64,000 nt of DNA from positions 448,001-512,000 of the forward strand of contig CAWAUM010000001.1 of the NCBI GenBank assembly GCA_963785235.1, in the 5' to 3' direction. Shown here piece by piece: positions 53,155 through 64,000 of this stretch; position 1 is the stretch's first letter; every line of letters begins with the position of its first letter. Under the pieces are notes generated by a model. It was not told where the DNA came from. It saw nothing but the letters and a program-made list of their open reading frames with translations, and did no database searches. This DNA is from an uncultured delta proteobacterium. GTDB taxonomy: Bacteria > Desulfobacterota > Desulfomonilia > UBA1062. A program made the translations under genes and the position numbers.

Positions 53155-54071
53155 CGAATATCCTTCACTTCAACCTGGAACGATGACCCTTCCTGGGCGG
53201 GTTTTCCAAAAAACGCCACGGCAAATGGTATATCGTTGGCAGGAAGTGTTGATCCAGGAGAAGACGGATCAGAGGTGAGAAGTGCGTCGATATCCTTCTG
53301 AGGTTGTTTGATGAATTCGCTCGTATCAGGAACGATGCCAGCATAGGCAAGGCGGGATTCGATGAGCTTGCCGCCCTTGTCATATACCCGGGCCTCGACC
53401 ATTACCGATTCCACAGGTTTGGTTGAAATCTTTTTTATATTGCCTTTGATAACCAGCACGCTGCCCTCCTGTTCGTGGGTGAGCATCTCGTAAATGAGTT
53501 TCTGTTCATCAATGGTGAAGAATGGGCCCTTTTGTATAGGTGCTTGGACAATATCCGGTTTCACCTGTCCGAAGAAGCCGATCTTATCCCTTAATAACCA
53601 CAAGGAAGATAATGCTACTACGAAAAGGCAGATAATAAGGATAACGATTTTCAGCGGGCTCTTTTTTTTAGGCTCCTCGTCGACTGGTTCCTCTTCCTCT
53701 TCAAGTGCTTGAGAACCTGTCCCAAGGATCGAGTCGATTTCCCGTATGACTGATTCCGGGGCTGCTTGTTCTTCTTTCGATTCCGGCTCAGGTGATTTAT
53801 CATCTTCAGAGGTCTCGATAATCTCCATAGAGGCATCTTCAAAGACAGTATCCTGTGCCACAGGGGGTTCAGCTATTGCTGGAGTCTCCTGTGCAGGTGT
53901 GGAACTCAGGAGCATGTCAAATTCCTTTTCCAGGGAGACCTCGTCGGGTTCAATGGTGTAAGAAAATATATGCTGGCAGATACTGCAGCGCATCTTAATG
54001 GTGTCCTGGATAAGTCCTTCTCCGGAGAACCTGAATTTACTGTGACAGCTGGGGCAATTAACAATAATCAC
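53145..54071 (-). CDS. MJ0042-type zinc-ribbon plus TM plus DUF3426-like protein
   Basis: CPSC...RCSICQHIF, acidic linker, one TM, C-terminal VLVIKG.I..., adjacent to hpt. Confidence 0.75.
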   Translation of the reverse strand: MIIVNCPSCHSKFRFSGEGLIQDTIKMRCSICQHIFSYTIEPDEVSLEKEFDMLLSSTPAQETPAIAEPPVAQDTVFEDASMEIIETSEDDKSPEPESKEEQAAPESVIREIDSILGTGSQALEEEEEPVDEEPKKKSPLKIVILIICLFVVALSSLWLLRDKIGFFGQVKPDIVQAPIQKGPFFTIDEQKLIYEMLTHEQEGSVLVIKGNIKKISTKPVESVMVEARVYDKGGKLIESRLAYAGIVPDTSEFIKQPQKDIDALLTSDPSSPGSTLPANDIPFAVAFFGKPAQEGSSFQVEVKDIRWK

Positions 54072-54598
54072 AAGAGGTTCCTCCTGTCTTCGGCATCGAG
54101 TATGTACAACTGCGGCAATGCCCGGTAGTTCTCTGCGAAATCCAAGCCGTAACCAACGACAAACCCTTCGGTGATGCGGAAACCGTAGTAGTCGGGCGAT
54201 ATGGAGGCTTCCCTCCGCTGCGCCTTGTCTATCATCGTGCAGATCTTGACCGAGGCCGGTCCTTTTTCCTCAAGGTGTTTTTTAAATGCAAACAGGCTAT
54301 GTCCGGTGTCCATAATGTCATCGACAATAAGCACATGTTTGCCTGTTATTGATTCATGGATATCATCCACGATCATGACATCCCCCACTGGGCTGTCGGC
54401 ATTTGCATAACTGGAAAGTCTTACGAAATCGATTTTTACAGGGAGATTGATCCGGCGGACAAGGTCGGACATGAACATGAATCCACCTTTTAAGACGCCT
54501 ATGATGAACACCTCACTACCCTGATATGCCAACGAGATTCTATCTCCGAGTTCCGCGACCTTCTGCGCAATCTCGTCTGCGGTATAGAGCACTCTCAT
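54068..54598 (-). CDS. hpt: hypoxanthine phosphoribosyltransferase
   Basis: GVLKGGFMFMSDL, LSSY, VLIVDDIMDTG, FVVGYGLD..YR.LP. True start MRVLYT. Confidence 0.95.
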   Translation of the reverse strand: MRVLYTADEIAQKVAELGDRISLAYQGSEVFIIGVLKGGFMFMSDLVRRINLPVKIDFVRLSSYANADSPVGDVMIVDDIHESITGKHVLIVDDIMDTGHSLFAFKKHLEEKGPASVKICTMIDKAQRREASISPDYYGFRITEGFVVGYGLDFAENYRALPQLYILDAEDRRNLL

Positions 54599-54835
54599 GG
54601 CCTGATCTATAACGTATCGCTGCATGGGTGTCAACGTAGTGTTGGCTTCCTTGTGTAATATCCTTCGTTGTATCTGTGCATGATGGTATAAGATATTTAG
54701 TGAATGAAAGGGTATAGACTTTTGACAAAGATTGGGGTAAAAATTAAATATTGACCGGAGTGCAAAAGTGTCATTTCTTGGGTTGTATTGATTCAATATG
54801 GAATAGCAAGTCATTTTCTGGGGGTGCATAAGGCT

Positions 54836-55144
54836 ATGTCGGAACTGAGAACACATAAACGTGTCAGAGTGAACATGAAGGTCGCATATCGCAATAATGA
54901 CCAGGTCTATAAGATGGGTCGGGTCTATGATATCAGCAAGGGTGGCATGTATGTCCAGACCTCGAATAATCCTGATGTAGACGGATATGTGATCGCCAGT
55001 CTCGATGCCGAGGCATTCGGCAAAGTTATATGGGTGCAAGGCAGTGTCGTCTGGAAAACCCGCACCGGCATGGCTATCAAGTTTACGAATGCCGATGAAA
55101 AAGGGCTGAAGAACCTTCTGTCCTACCGGAGCGTGCCGTTCTAA
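54836..55144 (+). CDS. stand-alone PilZ domain protein
   Basis: RxxxR (RTHKR) and DISKGG motifs. Confidence 0.85.
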   Translation: MSELRTHKRVRVNMKVAYRNNDQVYKMGRVYDISKGGMYVQTSNNPDVDGYVIASLDAEAFGKVIWVQGSVVWKTRTGMAIKFTNADEKGLKNLLSYRSVPF

Positions 55145-55208
55145 AGACCCTTCCTAAAGCCTTCATGAATGGAGGTGTCAATATGAGCTGTCGAGTCCTT
55201 TAAAGCGG

Positions 55209-56237
55209 TTATCTCTTGCCGGTTACAGTGTTACCTCTTTCTACCTGCTCCTTGGATTCGACCAGAAGGCCCATAGAGGTATTCTCAAGGGTTTGCAGGA
55301 CAAGCACCAGACTGATATATTCATGGAACACCGCTACCTGTTCCTTTTCCTCAGAGCCCTCGATTCTGGTTGTTTTCGCTATGTTCAAGACCGAACCGAC
55401 TCCCACACCCTGGCTTTTACCGGCATTAATAAAGACCAGGTCGTCGTTGCTGCCGCCGGATATGCCGCCATAGATGTCAATGATCTTTGCCGGTGCGTTC
55501 AGGGTTGGCTCTGATACTGTCAGCATCAAGGGTTTGACTGAGGCGAGGTCATCCAAGATCACGCTCCCGACTTTTGCCTCCTGGAGGGAGTAGTTTATGC
55601 GGGCCTTTACGATGTCGGACTGAACCTCTTCAACCACTGCGGTGGCAACCGCCTTATAGAGGAAGCCCCCCGGGAGGAAGCCCCCCGGATTGAGGAAGCC
55701 CTTCGGAATTTCGCCATTTTTGATATCCTGGATCTTGGAGATAATGGTGATCGCCTGATTCGGTTTCAACTCCGATGTTGTTTTGAGGATAATATGATCG
55801 TTCTGGCAGATAAGGTCTCCACCCTCGATCTTTTTTAAGATCACCCCGGATCCGGAAAGGATATTGGGGCTGTAGATATAAGTGGAAAGTTGCGGAGAGA
55901 CCAAAATGGATTTTCCCTTAACCGCCGCGGCTTCGTCAATCGTCATTTTGGATTCGGTGCCCCCCCGGTCAGGAGAAGGGATGATTTTGATAATGGTCTT
56001 TCCACCTTCGCTGGTGATTACTACGATATCACCTGGGTAAATAAGGTGCGGATTTGTGATGTCCTGGTTATTAGCCCAGACAAGGGGCCATTTCCATGGT
56101 GTCTTCAAATATTTCATGGAGATGTCCCATATGGTGTCCCCTTTGACTACGGTGTGCTTTATCTCATCTGCTGAGCAGGGACTGATCAAGACAAGAAACA
56201 AAAAAAGGCCCATCATAATGAGAGCGTGTTTTTTCAA
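55209..56237 (-). CDS. secreted LysM peptidoglycan-binding protein
   Basis: Signal peptide, HTVVKGDTIWDIS..PWKWP.VW.N..NPHLIYPG. Confidence 0.88.
   Translation of the reverse strand: MKKHALIMMGLFLFLVLISPCSADEIKHTVVKGDTIWDISMKYLKTPWKWPLVWANNQDITNPHLIYPGDIVVITSEGGKTIIKIIPSPDRGGTESKMTIDEAAAVKGKSILVSPQLSTYIYSPNILSGSGVILKKIEGGDLICQNDHIILKTTSELKPNQAITIISKIQDIKNGEIPKGFLNPGGFLPGGFLYKAVATAVVEEVQSDIVKARINYSLQEAKVGSVILDDLASVKPLMLTVSEPTLNAPAKIIDIYGGISGGSNDDLVFINAGKSQGVGVGSVLNIAKTTRIEGSEEKEQVAVFHEYISLVLVLQTLENTSMGLLVESKEQVERGNTVTGKR
55659..55706. repeat. in-frame 15-bp tandem repeat within the LysM gene
   Basis: GAGGAAGCCCCCCGG x2 exact, plus ATT-GAGGAAGCCCTTCGG. Encodes PKGFLNPGGFLPGGFL. Confidence 0.85.
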
Positions 56238-56360
56238 AGCGGGTCCTCCTTTAAGTTCTGAAATCCAGGCACCTTATCTTTGTTTTCTTGTATCGGAGAA
56301 GTCAAGGATATTCTTGAATCTTAATTGCATTACGTAAACCTTTGGATTACAGTAACCATT

Positions 56361-56783
56361 ATGTCATCAGGCGATATCTATAGTCAGGCACACCTCTTCG
56401 TGGCTGCCACCAGGGTATTCGAACACCTCAACCATCAGCCCGCCTCCTTGAAGGGGCTGAAGGATCTTTTGCAGGTTTCGGAAGAGGAACTCTCCCGCAT
56501 ATCAAGGAAGCTTGAGGAAGCCGGTGCCATAAATGTCATCATGAGTGGGGGGGAGGCCAGATTCACCATACGGGATCATACGAAGATCGAGGAGTTCCCT
56601 AGGTCAATAGAAGCGCCCAAAATGGAAGAAGAGATCTCCCAGTTCAAGACAAAGCAAGAGTTGCGCCTGAAAGAGATCGAGCAGTCCATGGCAAAAAAGG
56701 GCGACAAGAGCAGCATCTTTTCGGAACTTGAAAAGGCACTCAAAGATCCATCTTCAGTCAAAAAGAAAAACCCCCTCGATTAA
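56361..56783 (+). CDS. hypothetical protein, winged-HTH-like with charged C-terminus
   Basis: PASLKGLKDLLQVSEEELSRISRKLEEAGAI pattern. Confidence 0.65.
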   Translation: MSSGDIYSQAHLFVAATRVFEHLNHQPASLKGLKDLLQVSEEELSRISRKLEEAGAINVIMSGGEARFTIRDHTKIEEFPRSIEAPKMEEEISQFKTKQELRLKEIEQSMAKKGDKSSIFSELEKALKDPSSVKKKNPLD

Positions 56784-56921
56784 ATCGATTAGATATCTTG
56801 AAGATCCTGATTACCAGAGGTTTTCGGGGTGCCTATTATGATCTTGTGTTTTGCCGGCCTCTATTGTATAGGAACGCAACTTAATCAGGAATACGGAACG
56901 ACGGATGGGGGGAAGGAAGCC

Positions 56922-58752
56922 ATGTATAGCGTAGACGAAACAAAAAATGAGCAGGAGAACACCGCTTCAACAAAGGAGGATCTCGTCGAAACCAAGACCG
57001 GCGGTCTTGAGACTGAGAGCACCAATTTTGAGGCCCTTTACGAGGGAACATTCGACAAGCGCATCACGCCTGGTTCGGTTGTGACAGGTACGGTTGTTCA
57101 GATAAGCTCGGACCATATCATGATCGATATCGGGAGAAAGATAGACGGACAGGCGCCCATAAGCGAGTTCATCGGTGATGACGGTGAGATCACCACTGCA
57201 GTCGGCCAGGAGGTCGAGGTTCTTGTTGAGAGCATAAACGCTTCCAGGGGCGTCATCAGGCTGAGCAAGGAAAAGGCTAAGCGCCTTAAGGTCTGGGATG
57301 ATATCGTTAATGCATATCAGGATAACACCTATCTGAGGGGCAAGGTCACCGAGAGGATCAAAGGCGGTCTCATTGTGGATATCGGCCTGCGGTGCATTCC
57401 TGCCGAGTTCCCAGGCCACGGTCAATCCCGTGAGCGAGGCCGATCTTGAAAAGATGATCGGCCAGGGCATTGATGTTGCCATCATCAAGTTCAACAGGAA
57501 AAAGAACAATGTTGTGGTCAGCCATCGTGAGGTGCTGGAAAAGCAGAGGGAAGAGAGCAAGAAGCACCTTCTCACTACCTTGGCCAAGGGCGACGTGGTA
57601 ACGGGCAGGGTCAAGAACATTATGAGCTATGGGGCCTTTGTGGATATCGGTGGTATTGATGGACTCCTTCATATCACCGACATGTCATGGGGCAAGCTCA
57701 AGGACCCCAAAGAAAAGGTAGCTTCCGGCCAGGAGATAAAAATTAAGGTTCTTGAATACGATCCTGCTACGGAGAAGATCTCACTGGGACTCAAGCAGCT
57801 CACGACTGATCCCTGGGAGGGATTGGAATATCGGTACCCCATAGGCAAGAAGATCTCCGGCAAGGTGACCTCGGTGACCAATTATGGTGCATTCGTAGAG
57901 GTTGAAGAGGGGGTCGAGGGGCTTGTCCACATCTCCGAGATGTTCTGGACCAAGCGCATGAGGCATCCCTCCTCGGTACTTGATGAAGGGCAGACCGTGG
58001 ATGTGGTCGTTCTGGGTGTGGATCAGGCGGGGCGGCGCATTTCGCTAGGTCTGAAACAGACAATGCCCAATCCCTGGAGACAGATCCAGGAGTTTTATCC
58101 CGAAGGCACGGTTGTGGATGCCACAGTCAAGAACGTTACCGATTTCGGGCTGTTTGTGAGTATCGATGACACGATTGATGTTGATGGTCTTATCCATGTA
58201 TCCGATCTCACCTGGGACCCCAAGATCAAGAACCCGCGTGAGCTCTACAAGAAGGGCGATGTAGTCAACGCCAAGGTTCTGGCCATTGATCCTGAAAATG
58301 AGAAGTTTTCGCTGGGCATCAAACAGCTCCAGCCCGATCCATGGCATCAGATAGCCCTGGAACACCCGGTGGGCAGCACCATTAAAGGAAAGATCACCTC
58401 ATTGACCGATTTCGGCGCCTTTGTCGAGATAAAGCCGGGCATTGAGGGTATGATACATATCTCCGAGGTCAGCAGCGATAAGATCGATTCACTCGCAGAA
58501 GTCCTTGAAATAGGCCAGGAGGTGGAGGCCGTGGTCTTGAGGATCAGCCCTGAGAACAAGAAGATAGGACTCTCCATCAAGGCCATTACTGAGGCGCACC
58601 ACAAGAAGGCTGCCCCGGTTCAAGAGAGCAAGCCCTCTGACAATAAGGTGGGCACCAACCTTGGCGACCTGATCAAGGGCCTGCGGGATTCCAAAACAGA
58701 AGGGCTAGCAGCCATCCGTAGTCGGAATAGGGGCAATACCTCAGTAAAATGA
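56922..58752 (+). CDS. rpsA: 30S ribosomal protein S1 (frameshift near 57390, C-terminus possibly shifted)
   Basis: Six S1 repeats: YGAFVDIGGIDGLLHITDMSW, GVEGLVHISEM, FGAFVE. Confidence 0.95.
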
Positions 58753-58861
58753 GGTACTTTGCCCTTATAGATAAGATGAAAGATATTCTATATACTCTGA
58801 CGGTAGGTATAGTTTTACTGCAACAGGTGTTTTAAACCCGGGGTTCGAAACCGCTAACGCC

Positions 58862-59738
58862 ATGAAACGAAGAACCAAATGGATACTCTATATCCTGATT
58901 GCCATAGGTGCAGTAGCCTGGGGGTTCGATGCAGTAAGGACATCCATGAAGCCTGCCATCGGCATCATGGATGTGGATGGTATCATAACCGAATCCATGC
59001 CCTATCTGGATACCATCAAACAGTTCAGCGATGATGATAACATCAAGGCGGTCGTTGTGCGCCTGGATAGTCCCGGCGGCAAGGTAGGGCCCTCACAGGA
59101 GATCTACAGCTCTTTATTAAAGCTGAAAAAGAAAAAACCCGTTGTCGCATCGTTCGGTGCATTGGGCGCATCAGGCGCTTATTACATTGCCTGTGCCTGT
59201 GATACCATTTATGCCCTGCCCGGGACCATGACCGGCAGCATCGGCGTAATCATGGAATTCTTCGATGCCAGCGAGGGTCTTAAAAGGCTCGGGGTGACGC
59301 CTAACAGCATAACCGCAGGCACCCTGAAGGATGCAGGCTCCCCTTTCAAACCCATGTCCGATCGGGAGAAGGACTATTTTAAAGCCCTGGTGGATGATGT
59401 CCATCTCCAGTTCATCGAGGCGGTATGCCTCAGGCAGGAAGCTGAAAATGGAGACGGTCGGGCAACTCGCGGACGGCAGGGTGTTCACCGGAAGGCAGGC
59501 ACGCACCGTAGGGCTGGTTGATAAGATAGGCGGGCTCGAAGATGCAATGGATGAGGCAAAGAAGAGGGCGCGCATTACCGGTGAACCTCGTATCATAAGG
59601 CCTGAAGGTCAGGAAGGCATCTGGGACCTGCTGAAGAAGATCCTCCCGTGGAGCAGTACACCGCTGCCGTTACGGGGAGATCTTTCTCAGGGTTTAGGCC
59701 TGGCGCGGCCGGTTCGCCTTGATTACAGCATCCAGTAA
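58862..59738 (+). CDS. sppA: signal peptide peptidase SppA (short form), 1 frameshift
   Basis: RLDSPGG, ASGAYY, TGSIGV, ADGRVFTG.QA..GLVD. Confidence 0.92.
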
Positions 59739-61217
<1,479 letters not shown>

Positions 61218-61225
61218 GACTTAAG

Positions 61226-64000
61226 ATGGGATTCGTCCATCTCCACTGCCACACCCAGTACAGCCTCTTGGATGGGGCCATCAGGATCGACGATCTCATA
61301 AAAACCACCAAGGACTTCGGCCAGGAAGCAGTGGCCATTACCGATCACGGCGTCATGTACGGCGCGTTGGAGTTTTACGACAAGGCCATCAAGGCTGGCA
61401 TAAAGCCCATTATCGGCTGCGAGGTATATGTCAGCCCGGGCGATATGGAAAGCCGCGAACTCATCCCCGGCATGCCGAAACACTATCACCTCATCTTACT
61501 GGCAAAGGATAACCAGGGCTATAGTAACCTCATGAAGCTAACCTCGCTTGGGCATACCAAGGGTTTCTACTACAAGCCCAGGGTGGACAGGCGTACCCTT
61601 GCGGAGTTGAGTGGAGGATTAATCGGACTCTCCGCCTGTCTTCAGGGTGAGATCCCTTACTGGCTGCTCCGCGACCAAGAGGACAGGGCGCAAGAGGCCC
61701 TGGATTTCTACCGAAAGGTCTTTGACGGCCGGTTTTACCTTGAGATTCAGCACAACCAACTACCCGATCAGGATAAGGTCAATCCATTAATCGTAGACCT
61801 GGGCAGGCGTAATAGTGTACCGGTGGCGGCCACAAACGACTGCCATTACCTCAAGAGCTCTGATGCCAAGGCCCATGAGGCCCTTCTGTGCATCCAGACC
61901 CAGAGCACCATCCATGACAAGGGGCGGATGAGTTTCGAGACCGACCAGCTCTATCTCAAGAGTCCCGACGAAATGGCAAGGAGCTTTTCGTGGGTCCCCG
62001 AGGCAGTGGATGTTACGTCCGAAATCGCCGGCCTCTGTAATGTTGAAATCCCCAAGGATGTCTTTTGTTTCCCGGTTTATCCCACAGGGGCTGATAAAAG
62101 CCTGGAGCAGGTCATTGATGAAAAGTCCTGGGAAGGGCTCAAGGCGAGGATGGGGGAGAGTATCCCCGAGGGCTATTCTGAAAGGCTCGCAGAAGAGCTC
62201 GAAATCATCAAATCCATGGGGTTTGCCGGTTACTTCCTTATTGTGGCTGATTATATCCAGTATGCCAAGGACCATGATATCCCGGTAGGGCCTGGCCGTG
62301 GCAGCGCCGCAGGGTCGCTGGCCGCCTACAGCCTCAAGATCACGGACATCGACCCCATAAGGTGGAACCTCCTGTTCGAGCGGTTCTTAAACCCTGAGCG
62401 CAGGAGCATGCCGGATATCGATGTGGACTTCTGCCAGAACCGCAGGGATGAGGTAATCGAGTACGTCAAGAACCGGTACGGCCCTGAATACGTGAGCCAG
62501 ATCACCACGTTCGGCAACATGAAGGCAAAGGCCGTCATCAGGGACGTGGGACGGGTCTTGGGCATGGGATATTCCGAGGTGGACAAGATCGCCAAGCTCA
62601 TCCCGACCGACCTGAACATCACCCTCGAGCAGGCCGTTGCGGCTGAGCCGAGACTGAAAGAGCTTGTGGACACGGACCCGGCGGTTGCCCAGCTCATAGA
62701 GATAGCCAAGGCACTGGAGGGCTTAAGCAGGCACGCCTCGGTACATGCGGGCGGTGTAATCATCTCGGATGACAGGCCTCTTACCGATCATGTGCCTGTG
62801 TATGTCGACAAAAAGGGCATGCTCATCAGCCAGTACGACATGAAGCGCATCGAGAGGGTAGGACTCATCAAGTTTGATATGCTGGGCCTCAAGACGCTGA
62901 CGGTAATCCAGAAAACCATCGAGATTCTGCGCTCGCAAGGCATTAACCTTGATATCACCGGTATCCCTCTCGATGACAGGTTAACCTACCAACTCATAAG
63001 CGATGGTGATACATCGAGTGTGTTCCAGCTTGAAAGCTCCGGCATGAAGGGTATGCTCAGGCAGCTCAAGCCGGACAAGTTCGAGGATATCATCGCTGCA
63101 GTGGCGCTGTACCGTCCGGGACCCATGGACCTTATCCCTTCCTATGTAGACCGCAGGCACGAAAGGCAGGTCATCGACTATCACCACCCTCTGCTGGAAA
63201 AGATCCTGAAAGAGACTTACGGTATCATCGTCTATCAGGAGCAGGTTATGCAGATCGCCCAGGAGATGGCCGGCTACTCGCTCGGCAAGGCCGACCTTCT
63301 GAGGCGGGCCATGGGCAAGAAGATCCGCGAAGAGATGGCCAAGCAGCGCGAGATCTTCACCGAAGGCGCTGTGGAGCGCGGTGTGGACAGGGACAAGGCC
63401 GTCGAGATCTTCGATCTCATGGAAAAGTTCGCAGATTACGGGTTCAACAAGTCCCATGCAGCGGCATACGCCCTGGTGGCTTATCAGACAGCCTATCTGA
63501 AGGCGCACCACTTCAAGGAATTCATGGCCGCAAACCTGACGCTGGACCTGAGCAACACGGACAAGGTCTCGCAGCATATTGCCGAATGCAGGAGGCGTGG
63601 TGTAGCAGTACTGCCGCCGGACATCAACGAGAGCAGCTTCGAGTTCGTGGTCACACAAGAGGGCATCCGGTTCGGCCTTGGAGCCATCAAGAACGTGGGC
63701 AGGGGGGCGGTGGAGGGTGTCCTTGCGGAACTTAAGGAGAACGGCCCCTTTAAGGATATCTCCTCGTTCCTGAACAGGATCGCCTTGTCCAAGGTGAACA
63801 GGAGGGTAGTGGAATCATTCATCAAGGCAGGCGCATTCGACAGGCTGCACACAAACCGCAGGGCCATGTTCGAGGTGCTCGATGGCCTTCTTGACCAGGC
63901 CCAGCGATCAGCCCGCAACAGGAATGACGCCCAGTGCACCTTGTTCAGTCTCGAGGAATTTGCGCAAGTTGATATCAGCAAGCCTTTTGTCATGCCCGAC
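61226..64000 (+). CDS. dnaE: DNA polymerase III alpha subunit, 3'-partial (runs off window)
   Basis: MGFVHLHCHTQYSLLDG, AITDHG, KPIIGCE, GPGRGSAAGS, FERFLNPER..MPDID.DF, KFD.LGL, YGFNKSH. Confidence 0.96.
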   Translation, partial: MGFVHLHCHTQYSLLDGAIRIDDLIKTTKDFGQEAVAITDHGVMYGALEFYDKAIKAGIKPIIGCEVYVSPGDMESRELIPGMPKHYHLILLAKDNQGYSNLMKLTSLGHTKGFYYKPRVDRRTLAELSGGLIGLSACLQGEIPYWLLRDQEDRAQEALDFYRKVFDGRFYLEIQHNQLPDQDKVNPLIVDLGRRNSVPVAATNDCHYLKSSDAKAHEALLCIQTQSTIHDKGRMSFETDQLYLKSPDEMARSFSWVPEAVDVTSEIAGLCNVEIPKDVFCFPVYPTGADKSLEQVIDEKSWEGLKARMGESIPEGYSERLAEELEIIKSMGFAGYFLIVADYIQYAKDHDIPVGPGRGSAAGSLAAYSLKITDIDPIRWNLLFERFLNPERRSMPDIDVDFCQNRRDEVIEYVKNRYGPEYVSQITTFGNMKAKAVIRDVGRVLGMGYSEVDKIAKLIPTDLNITLEQAVAAEPRLKELVDTDPAVAQLIEIAKALEGLSRHASVHAGGVIISDDRPLTDHVPVYVDKKGMLISQYDMKRIERVGLIKFDMLGLKTLTVIQKTIEILRSQGINLDITGIPLDDRLTYQLISDGDTSSVFQLESSGMKGMLRQLKPDKFEDIIAAVALYRPGPMDLIPSYVDRRHERQVIDYHHPLLEKILKETYGIIVYQEQVMQIAQEMAGYSLGKADLLRRAMGKKIREEMAKQREIFTEGAVERGVDRDKAVEIFDLMEKFADYGFNKSHAAAYALVAYQTAYLKAHHFKEFMAANLTLDLSNTDKVSQHIAECRRRGVAVLPPDINESSFEFVVTQEGIRFGLGAIKNVGRGAVEGVLAELKENGPFKDISSFLNRIALSKVNRRVVESFIKAGAFDRLHTNRRAMFEVLDGLLDQAQRSARNRNDAQCTLFSLEEFAQVDISKPFVMPD

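Noticed and set aside
54599-55039. Long N-terminal extension of the hpt ORF in the track (323 aa)
   Set aside because: It overlaps the antisense PilZ gene and the intergenic promoter region. The true start is ATG at 54598.
58836-58862. GGTTCGAAACC...CCA resembling a tRNA T-loop and 3' end
   Set aside because: The T-stem does not pair beyond 2 bp, no acceptor, D or anticodon arms can be built, and the CCA runs into the sppA ATG.
63420-63470. DnaE intein insertion site region
   Set aside because: Reads continuously FADYGFNKSHAAAY, so no intein is present.

Overview
Chromosomal segment of an anaerobic, probably Desulfobacterota (deltaproteobacterial) genome, judged from gene content. More than 20 genes, including essential ones (rpsA, yqgF), are split by single-base indels that are mostly extra bases, so I treat the breaks as long-read sequencing errors and report reconstructed genes. 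Layout: (1) 0.7-8.3 kb minus-strand operon with a STAS fusion, CrtI-like oxidoreductase, class II photolyase, TIGR01777 epimerase, PNPOx-like protein and PEP-dikinase-like enzyme. (2) 9-12 kb class III PLP enzyme, DUF6206-like protein with a protein-kinase-like motif set, and a truncated FAD oxidoreductase. (3) GIY-YIG, YciH, amidohydrolase and a hybrid kinase. (4) 18-37.7 kb amino-acid catabolic block: an unusual ~990-aa glutamate dehydrogenase, a MetB-like enzyme, gdhA, and a sigma54-driven 4-aminobutyrate/4-hydroxybutyrate operon (abfD, small Cys protein, CoA transferase, Fe-ADH, gabT, liv-type ABC) with its promoter, three candidate activator boxes and activator gene. A family of related long palindromes lies at the edges of this block. 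(5) 37.9-48 kb LPS/glycan locus headed by a Gfo/Idh/MocA plus radical SAM pair. (6) c-di-GMP/REC genes and housekeeping genes (mltG, yqgF, K+ channel, hpt, PilZ, LysM, rpsA, sppA, guaB, partial dnaE). No rRNA, tRNA, CRISPR array or transposase was seen. Best candidates for undescribed systems: the DUF6206-like kinase plus PLP enzyme pair, the chimeric large GDH, the GABA operon with its regulatory elements, and the radical SAM LPS-sugar module.
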